From a virus (Duplodnaviria > Caudoviricetes), in IMG/VR virus record IMGVR_UViG_3300025066_000087, positions 1-34,008 of that record: 34,008 nucleotides of DNA. One strand, written 5' to 3'. The position numbers were made by a program, and so were the translations under genes. Below, one piece after another: positions 27,263 through 34,008 of this stretch. Position 1 is the stretch's first letter, and each line of letters begins with the position of its first letter. A model generated the notes under the pieces. It was not told where the DNA came from. It did not search any database and was given only the letters and a program-made list of their open reading frames with translations.

Positions 27263-28357
27263 GTGGCTACATACTACGTTAACAAGTCAGGCAACGATTC
27301 GAACGATGGTCTATCAGAAGAAAATGCAAAACTTACAATCGGTGATGCCATCACTGATGCAACCGCTAACGGGACTGGCGCCCCACATACAATCAATATT
27401 GGGGATGGCACATACTCCGAAACAGTCAGTGCGACTGGCACTTCAAACCTGGCCGACGCGACTATTCAAGGCGCCTCGGGCGACTATAGCGATGTAACTA
27501 TCCAAGGGAGCGCAACATATCAGGTGTCCCTCGGCGGCGGTGTAAAGTTTAAAAATATAACTGTTGTAAACGACGCGGCCGCGGCTGGCTCAGCGAAATA
27601 TGCTATTTATAGTTCCACCGGCGCTAGCACAGTTACAAATTGCCACCTTAAATCAAATAACCGTGGATATTATTCAGTGGCTGCCGGCTCTGTCATAGAA
27701 AGGTGTATTATAGAAAGCACTCACAAAGCCACAACTAAGGCGACTTGGGGAGTTTGGTGGTCTGCGGCGAATGCGAGCAAGATATTTTCATGTTTAATTC
27801 TGGATTGGAACCATGCCATAGTGTATTGTTATGGCGGCGGCGATGTAGTTAATTGCACAGCACAAACGACACATGATAAAAACACCTCGCTGCGCGGTTT
27901 ATATGCCGCTAACGTCTACAACTCTTTGTGTCACAATGACGGCGCAGCTGTGAGATGGGGTGGTATTACTGGTACCACAGATGGTGAAAATAATGTTTCC
28001 TGGGGCTGGGGATCTAACGATTTCAGAAGCAACACCAGCGGAGCCGACAATTCAGATTCAGGAGACGTCAGTTCTGATGGCGAGCAGTTTGTCGACGAAG
28101 ACAACGATGATTTCAGACTCCGTCCCGGTACGATTTCCACTACTCGGGGGTCTTATTCTTATCAAACTAACAATAGTGTGGCGCTGCTTGATTTAGTAGG
28201 ACGTCCTTATGATACCAGCACTCCTTCCGCCGGCTGCTATCAATATGCATGGGGCGCCTCCGGCGGAAAAAAACTTGCAGCCACCGACAGAGACGTGATT
28301 GGAAAAATTTGTGGTGTCAGCTCTACTAAGGTTGCAAAGACAATGGGGCAAGGCTAA
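27263..28357 (+). CDS. Right-handed beta-helix (pectate lyase-like fold) virion protein
   Basis: 'TYYVNKSGNDSNDGLS...LTIGDAI...INIGDGTYSE' cap, Asn/Cys ladder, C-terminal 'DFRLRPG...DLVGRP...AGCYQY'. GTG start after GGAGG. Confidence 0.8.
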   Translation: MATYYVNKSGNDSNDGLSEENAKLTIGDAITDATANGTGAPHTINIGDGTYSETVSATGTSNLADATIQGASGDYSDVTIQGSATYQVSLGGGVKFKNITVVNDAAAAGSAKYAIYSSTGASTVTNCHLKSNNRGYYSVAAGSVIERCIIESTHKATTKATWGVWWSAANASKIFSCLILDWNHAIVYCYGGGDVVNCTAQTTHDKNTSLRGLYAANVYNSLCHNDGAAVRWGGITGTTDGENNVSWGWGSNDFRSNTSGADNSDSGDVSSDGEQFVDEDNDDFRLRPGTISTTRGSYSYQTNNSVALLDLVGRPYDTSTPSAGCYQYAWGASGGKKLAATDRDVIGKICGVSSTKVAKTMGQG

Positions 28358-28431
28358 CAACTTTGAAATATATATATAATAAATGCATTTTGAGTCTGTA
28401 GGTCTAATTATATAGAGTAGGAGTACAACGC

Positions 28432-31400
28432 ATGGCAGCAGCATCAGGAAGTATATCGTTTTTAGGAGCTAATAGGTTCCAAGGTTGGTGGAATGCCGAT
28501 ACAAATGAGGCCACAGGATCACGTTTAACAGGCGCCCCAGGCGATGAACAAACGGCTATTACTACTCTTTTTGATACAACGACCGGTTATGGAGGCTATA
28601 ATCGATCAACAAACATAACAGCTGCTATCGGAGATTATTGGCAAGTAACTGGATCTGGCACCACAACTGTTGATGGCCATACAAATTGGGATTTAAATGA
28701 CTGGATTATATATTCTGGCAGTTATGGCGGAGGATCCAAAACGTGGACCAAATTAGCTGTTGAAGACACTATAGCCTCGATTGTTATAGGTGATCTATCG
28801 GCTATAGAGCTATGGCACTTGACCGGTTCGGCAGATAAACACGTCCTTTTTATCACTGGCGCCGTTGATGGTAGTGTTATGCAGAGTGGTTCAGACGGCT
28901 TTGAATATGATTATTCTACTGGAGTATTAACTCTTACCGGTTCATCGGCTGGCCCTCTCTTAGAAATAAAAAACACAACTGACGGCGGTGATTATATAAG
29001 ACTCGGCTACGCGAGCAACTATAGTATGATATTAGGATCCAACGCCGGCGGCGACGGCGTGCTTAAGTTTTATAAAGACGACGGCAGCAACGCTCTTACT
29101 TTGGAGGGTGAGAACAGTGCGATCTATCTAGGAGCCGGTACTGCAGAAGGTGTCCTCTCAGCTTGTACTATAAAGAGCGGTAGCGATGGCCTGGTCCTAA
29201 AAACTAACCAGAGAGACATCACACTATCAGCCTCTGCAGCTGTTAACATACCAGATGATGTTAAACTAACATTTGGCAAAGCGGATGATGCAACTATTGA
29301 GTACGATGAGGATGGTACCGATGAGCTTCGCTTTGCTGGTGCAGCTGCCACCTTTGAACAAGACGTTACATTTGACAATGATGTTACCTTGGGAGTTGCT
29401 GCTACAGACGTAACTACGGTAACTGGCCGCCTGACAGCTTCTGTGGGCGCCCTAATAAAAGATGATCAATGTCTTTATTTTGGAGATTCTGAAGAGGCTT
29501 CTATAATATACCAAGAAGCCAGCAACGATTATTTGGCTATTACCAATACCAAGGCTGGCAAGGGTGTTGTTATATCAGGTTCAAACATTCAGCTAGCTTC
29601 GCAAGATTATCCTCAGGGCTGCGGCTTAAAAATGGACTCTGCAGGCCGCATTGGCATAGGCGTTTCTGGCAGCATAAAAGATATGCTCCACATAGAGGAC
29701 TCTATAAGCGGCACCGGCGGAACTATTGAGCTAGACCGACGCGACACCGCTATTGAAGAAGGTGACCCCTTGGGTAATATATACTTTGGTGCAACGGAGA
29801 ATGGCAGTGACTACGACTGGCCTGTACATATAAGAGCTACTGCACTTAAGGATTTTGTAATTGACTCAGATTCCCCTGCAGCTTTAGAATTTCGGCTAAC
29901 TCCGGACGGTGCTGCTACCAAAACCCTGGTCGCGCATCTTCATCACGGTGGACTTCTACTTGGATCTGGCAACTTGCCTTCAAGTAATTTTGTCTCTCCT
30001 CAGGCACCTCGGGGACGATTAGACGTTTCTGGTTCGGCTTTCTTGGGTACTAGCTCTACTGACGTGCATCAAATTACAGGCACTTTCAATCTCAACAACT
30101 CTCTTACCATAAGTGGCAGCGACGCTAGGATGCGTTTAAACTACCTAGACAACACAACATGGCCTAATCTCGGCCTAGGCTCTGCAAGTGACGAAGAGTA
30201 CGCCAACTTTGGCTTAACTTTGAAAAATGACTCAACACAGCTCGGCGCCTTCACTGGCATCGCGATGACTGTTAACCCCAATCGTAATGAGGACGCCATC
30301 GGCGCTGCTATTGTTGCTCGTTCGGATTCAGCTAGTGATTCTATATTTGATACAGACCTTGCTTTTGCAACCAATACAGGGGCTGACGATGCGTTAACTG
30401 AACGAATGAGAATTACTCACAATGGCGCAGTAGGTATTGGACTTGAGAATCCGCAAGACACCTTGCATTTAGAGAATCTTTCTGGCCCGGCCTTGGTGCT
30501 CTCTAAACACGACGCTGCGCTTGACGCTAGCGATGTGCTGGGTGGGGTGGAATTTCAAGGCACAGAAGATGGAGGCACCTATAGCATCGGCGCTCGCATG
30601 CGAGGTATACCCGACAGCGCATGGACTGTTGGATCTGATGTGCCTACAAATATTGAATTTGATACATGCTCGGATGGCTCTGACACCCTTGTAACACGAA
30701 TGGTTATTGGCGCCAACGGTGCTATATCAGGCTCTGGCAACCTTGAGATAGTTGGCACAATGAAGTCAACTGGCAACATCGCAACTAGCGGATCCCTAAC
30801 TGCAGCTGGTTTGTACAGCACTTCTGTCTCAGGCTCTGGCAACCTTGAGATAGTTGGCACAATGAAGTCAACTGGCAACATTGCAACTAGCGGATCCTTA
30901 ACTGCAGTTGACTTGTACAGCACTTCTGTCTCAGGCTCTGGCAACCTTGAAATTGTTGGCACAATGAAGTCAACTGGCAACATTGCAACTAGCGGATCCT
31001 TAACTGCAGTTGGCTTGTACAGCACTTCTGTCTCAGGCTCTGGCAACCTTGAAATTGTTGGCACAATGAAGTCAACTGGTGATATTGCAACGACTGGCTC
31101 TGTATCTGGATCGAGTACTTTTCTATGCGGTAGCACTCTTGCCGTACATGGCGCCGCAACAATTCGCGGAGACTTGACTACAAAAGGATCAGTTACATTA
31201 GGTGACGGGGCATCTGATGACATTACCATCACTGGTAAGATCAACGCTAATATCCTCCCTAATAGCACTCACAACCTAGGAAGCGCTTCAGATAAATTTG
31301 GAAGTCTTTTCTTGGAGAACATTTCAGGCTCTAGTGACCTCCAGGTTGTTGGCACGATGAAGTCAACTGGAGATATCGCCACTTCAGGCTCATTTACATC

Positions 31401-32100
31401 TCCGAATACTCTAAAGCTTAATTCGACAGCCGGCGATATTTCTTTTGAGGACGGCGGCACCGCTCAATTAGCTATCGACATGGATTCAACACCCGGAGAT
31501 GTTATCATTCAACTTAAAGTAGATGATGATGATCTGGTATTTAAAAACTATGATGGTGTGGAGTGTGCAGTTGTAAGAAACTCACAAGGCGCCGGCGCCT
31601 TTGCTTATAAGAAATATGTAGCCCTCCTCTCGTCGGCCTTATCTCTATCCGGATCCAATGCCGCAGACGGCGGAAACGGCTTCAACGGATATACTCTACC
31701 ATATATGGGGGCTACCCTGGCTGCAACGGCACCAGATGGTGGGTCTTATACTGTAACCCTACCTCATTCTGGCGGTTCCGCCTCGACCGCCGGATTGATG
31801 CTTGGATATAATCTTAGGGTTGTGCTCGCCGGATTCGCGAACGCCGGCGACAAAGGAGACATTACTATTGTTCGAGGTGATGCGAACGGATCTACCCCGG
31901 GCAGTGATTGTGATGCTATAATAGGAAGCATTGCCTCAGCTGCAGCTGACGACTCTGCTGCAGCCGGCATAACCATCAGTAGCCACACGATAACTATCAA
32001 TGGCGCGTCCGTGACGCAGGGTGATTATATTGACTTGGTGTGCCTCTATTCTGAGGCCAATTATAGTTTGTGGCACGTGACCGGGCTATGTGCTACTTAA
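28432..32100 (+). CDS. Long fibre protein (1222 aa)
   Basis: G/S/T/D-rich. 'ERMRITHNGAVGIG' fibre motif, an internally duplicated ~100-aa domain and 34-aa tandem repeats. SD AGGAG. Confidence 0.8.
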   Translation: MAAASGSISFLGANRFQGWWNADTNEATGSRLTGAPGDEQTAITTLFDTTTGYGGYNRSTNITAAIGDYWQVTGSGTTTVDGHTNWDLNDWIIYSGSYGGGSKTWTKLAVEDTIASIVIGDLSAIELWHLTGSADKHVLFITGAVDGSVMQSGSDGFEYDYSTGVLTLTGSSAGPLLEIKNTTDGGDYIRLGYASNYSMILGSNAGGDGVLKFYKDDGSNALTLEGENSAIYLGAGTAEGVLSACTIKSGSDGLVLKTNQRDITLSASAAVNIPDDVKLTFGKADDATIEYDEDGTDELRFAGAAATFEQDVTFDNDVTLGVAATDVTTVTGRLTASVGALIKDDQCLYFGDSEEASIIYQEASNDYLAITNTKAGKGVVISGSNIQLASQDYPQGCGLKMDSAGRIGIGVSGSIKDMLHIEDSISGTGGTIELDRRDTAIEEGDPLGNIYFGATENGSDYDWPVHIRATALKDFVIDSDSPAALEFRLTPDGAATKTLVAHLHHGGLLLGSGNLPSSNFVSPQAPRGRLDVSGSAFLGTSSTDVHQITGTFNLNNSLTISGSDARMRLNYLDNTTWPNLGLGSASDEEYANFGLTLKNDSTQLGAFTGIAMTVNPNRNEDAIGAAIVARSDSASDSIFDTDLAFATNTGADDALTERMRITHNGAVGIGLENPQDTLHLENLSGPALVLSKHDAALDASDVLGGVEFQGTEDGGTYSIGARMRGIPDSAWTVGSDVPTNIEFDTCSDGSDTLVTRMVIGANGAISGSGNLEIVGTMKSTGNIATSGSLTAAGLYSTSVSGSGNLEIVGTMKSTGNIATSGSLTAVDLYSTSVSGSGNLEIVGTMKSTGNIATSGSLTAVGLYSTSVSGSGNLEIVGTMKSTGDIATTGSVSGSSTFLCGSTLAVHGAATIRGDLTTKGSVTLGDGASDDITITGKINANILPNSTHNLGSASDKFGSLFLENISGSSDLQVVGTMKSTGDIATSGSFTSPNTLKLNSTAGDISFEDGGTAQLAIDMDSTPGDVIIQLKVDDDDLVFKNYDGVECAVVRNSQGAGAFAYKKYVALLSSALSLSGSNAADGGNGFNGYTLPYMGATLAATAPDGGSYTVTLPHSGGSASTAGLMLGYNLRVVLAGFANAGDKGDITIVRGDANGSTPGSDCDAIIGSIASAAADDSAAAGITISSHTITINGASVTQGDYIDLVCLYSEANYSLWHVTGLCAT
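30727..31101 (+). repeat. 102-bp coding tandem repeat, about 3.7 copies (SGSGNLEIVGTMKSTGNIATSGSLTAxxLYSTSV)
   Basis: Units start at 30727, 30829, 30931 and 31033 and are near-identical at DNA level. A diverged extra copy lies at about 31324. Confidence 0.95.
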
Positions 32101-32135
32101 CAGATCTCAAAAAAAGTCATTTAAAAACTCAACCT

Positions 32136-32143
32136 ACTATTTA
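32136..32143 (+). promoter_or_regulatory. Putative late promoter motif ACTATTTA for scaffold and capsid genes
   Basis: Intergenic, about 20 nt before SD GAGGAG and 33 nt before ATG 32176. Confidence 0.6.
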
Positions 32144-32175
32144 TTATGACAAACTGTTTCCTGAGGAGTATTTAA

Positions 32176-33345
32176 ATGTCTGACATGTTGGAAAAGGCTA
32201 TCATTGACGCAGCCGCTTTAAAAGAAGCCGCCGTCAGAAACGCTGAAAATGTAATATTAGAAAAGTATTCTAACCAAATCAAAGAGGCTGTTGGCTCCTT
32301 GCTAGAACAGGAAGATCCAATGGCCGCAGAGGATCCTGCTGCAGCCCCCCCTGCAGGTGGAGCCCCCATGGAAGAGGGGGAGGGAGAAGAGGAGTCTCCA
32401 GTGATGGAACATATTCCGCTAGCTGTCACATCGGAAGACTTAGACGAAGAGATCGAAATACCTTTAGAAAATTTAATGAATGAAATTAAAAAGCTTAGTG
32501 AAATAGAACGCTTGAACGGCGCGTATATCGATGATCCAGAAATACAAGAAAACGCTCTTTTGGAAGTCATGCAGAGCGATTTAGAAGAAATTTTATTGCA
32601 GGGGGAACAAGAAGATCATGTCGAAGGCGCCATGTACGAACAAGAGGGTGATTCTGAAGCCTTGTACGAGGATGACGAGGTGATTCTTGACGAGGAGGAT
32701 CTAGGCGAAGCTTTGGAAGAAGCAGTTGCCGCGGCCCTGTCTGAAGAATTAATTGTTGATATACATCCAAGAAAATCTGGCTGGGCGGGAACTCCAGAAT
32801 CAAGCATTAGGCTGGCAGAAGAAGAGTTATTGGCTTTAGAGATGGATTCCGAACGTAGAGAACACAATACAGCCATTCGTAAAGCTGTGGACAAAGTCAC
32901 AAAAGTAAATGAAAGTCTAACAAAACAAAATACACAGTTCAGAGCGGCGCTTGGTGATTCCAAGAAACAAGTAACGAAGTTTCAGCGCGTCGTCCTGATA
33001 TTAAAAGAAAAACTTGATGAAGTTAATTTGAGAAATGCTAAACTACTTTATCAAAACAAGGCACTAGACAGCGCCTCCCTTAATGAGCGACAAAAGCGTA
33101 AGCTTGTCGAAGCTGTTTCTAGCGCTGAGTCCGTTGAAGAAGCAAAAGTAATATTTGAGACCCTTGAAAGCACAGTGGGCAGCACCTCTCGTAAAAAGCA
33201 GCCGAAATCACTTCGCGAAGCAGTCGAAAAATCCTCTTCAATGATATTGTCTGGTGGGAGAAGAGAGCCCAAGAGACAAACAAAGAAGAACCCAACGTAT
33301 GATCGTTGGAAATCGCTAGCAGGGTTAGCCCCCACTCGCGATTAA
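32176..33345 (+). CDS. Prohead scaffolding/core protein
   Basis: Very acidic N-terminal half, coiled-coil C-terminal half and many L/I-x-E sites; lies immediately upstream of the major capsid gene. Confidence 0.8.
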   Translation: MSDMLEKAIIDAAALKEAAVRNAENVILEKYSNQIKEAVGSLLEQEDPMAAEDPAAAPPAGGAPMEEGEGEEESPVMEHIPLAVTSEDLDEEIEIPLENLMNEIKKLSEIERLNGAYIDDPEIQENALLEVMQSDLEEILLQGEQEDHVEGAMYEQEGDSEALYEDDEVILDEEDLGEALEEAVAAALSEELIVDIHPRKSGWAGTPESSIRLAEEELLALEMDSERREHNTAIRKAVDKVTKVNESLTKQNTQFRAALGDSKKQVTKFQRVVLILKEKLDEVNLRNAKLLYQNKALDSASLNERQKRKLVEAVSSAESVEEAKVIFETLESTVGSTSRKKQPKSLREAVEKSSSMILSGGRREPKRQTKKNPTYDRWKSLAGLAPTRD

Positions 33346-33380
33346 CAGATAAATATTACACAAAAAAGGAGATTAAAAAA

Positions 33381-34008
33381 ATGTCTGTATTAAAAAAGCT
33401 AACTGAAGGTATCGCGTCGCGTAGCCTTCAGAGAGAAGGTGCTGCACTACTAGAAAAGTGGGAGCGCACTGGACTTCTTGAGGGAATCGAAAATGATTCC
33501 AAAAGACAGGGCATGGCCCGTATGTTAGAGAACCAGGCCGCGCAGCTTCTAAAAGAAGCTTCGTCTATGGCAGCTGGTGATGTTGAGGGTTTCGCTTCCG
33601 TGGCGTTCCCCATTGTCCGTCGTGTATTCGGTGGACTACTTGCGAATGACCTCGTGTCGGTTCAGCCTATGAGCTTGCCGTCTGGTCTTATTTTCTTCCT
33701 GGACTTCACGTACAGTGATGAGACTACGGCTCGCCTAGGCCTTGACCAAGGCGATTCACTATACGGTGGTGGGGTTGTTGCTAGCCAGGTCACTGGTGGC
33801 GTCACCGATATTACTGAGACCGGTGGTGGCTTCTATAACATGGCTAATGCCTACTCTTCACCGACTGGTTCTGTTGAACTAGCCGATGCGGTCACCACCG
33901 CGAACCCGGCGAGCATGAACGGCGGCGAGATCAACGATGGCACCATGGCGACCAATGGCCCTGCTTTGGTTTCAACGGGCGTCGAGATTGAGAGTCTTAC
34001 TGAGGCTC
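33381..34008 (+). CDS. Major capsid protein (T4 gp23-like), 3'-truncated by window edge
   Basis: Not in the ORF track because it has no stop in the window. MSVLKKLTEG...LLEKWERTGLLEG...MLENQA...AFPIVRRVFGGLLANDLVSVQPMSLPSGLIFFLDF matches the gp23 N-terminal pattern. SD AAGGAG. Confidence 0.95.
   Translation, partial: MSVLKKLTEGIASRSLQREGAALLEKWERTGLLEGIENDSKRQGMARMLENQAAQLLKEASSMAAGDVEGFASVAFPIVRRVFGGLLANDLVSVQPMSLPSGLIFFLDFTYSDETTARLGLDQGDSLYGGGVVASQVTGGVTDITETGGGFYNMANAYSSPTGSVELADAVTTANPASMNGGEINDGTMATNGPALVSTGVEIESLTEA

Larger units (their letters stand above)
1..34008 (+). mobile_element. Segment of a large tailed bacteriophage genome (T4-like head module, bS21-encoding)
   Basis: Co-oriented, tightly packed TerL, gp20-like portal, gp21-like protease, scaffold and gp23-like capsid genes, plus phage-type RuvC, primase and Mre11-Rad50. 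No integrase or host housekeeping context. Confidence 0.96.

Noticed and set aside
27261-27497. 78-aa ORF from ATG 27261 overlapping the beta-helix gene
   Set aside because: The GTG 27263 frame gives a coherent beta-helix protein with good SD spacing; the ATG frame has no recognisable features.
30727-31101. 102-bp repeats as a CRISPR array or DGR template/variable repeat pair
   Set aside because: There are no unique spacers, the units are in-frame coding, the differences are not adenine-specific, and no cas or reverse transcriptase gene is in the window.
30579-31268. 229-aa minus-strand ORF
   Set aside because: Antisense shadow of the repetitive fibre gene; the lack of stops follows from the repeat.
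672-33613. Remaining short minus-strand and alternate-frame ORFs in the track
   Set aside because: All are nested in longer, motif-bearing + strand genes and show no independent signal.
1-34008. Stop-codon reassignment, introns or inteins
   Set aside because: TAA, TAG and TGA all end genes at sensible positions, coding density is high in the standard code, and TerL, portal and primase are uninterrupted.
1-34008. tRNA, rRNA or other structured RNA genes
   Set aside because: Intergenic gaps are under about 85 nt and AT-rich; no cloverleaf or T-loop signature was seen.

Overview
This is a 34 kb segment of a large lytic tailed phage with a T4-like head module. It is AT-rich (roughly 35-40% GC by eye), every credible gene is on the + strand, and it uses the standard genetic code. 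In order it carries: two very large putative virion proteins, three putative baseplate/tail-collar proteins, a RuvC-like resolvase, a DnaG-type primase, a single-chain Mre11-Rad50 (SbcD-SbcC) fusion, a holin-like gene, candidate internal head proteins, a spanin-like membrane pair, large terminase, portal, several hypotheticals, prohead protease, a phage-encoded ribosomal protein bS21, a block of five decoration/fibre genes, the scaffold and the 5' part of the major capsid gene. Three signals are not explained by the gene list. (1) In-frame GC-rich patches in virion genes are packed with perfect palindromes and hairpins, e.g. a 26-bp palindrome next to a 13-bp-stem hairpin at 1260-1332. (2) GCCGGC and GGCGCC are in strong excess, independent of reading frame. 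(3) A recurring ACTATTTA motif lies upstream of late genes, many of which have strong Shine-Dalgarno sites. All family assignments come from motifs recognised by eye; no database searches were run.
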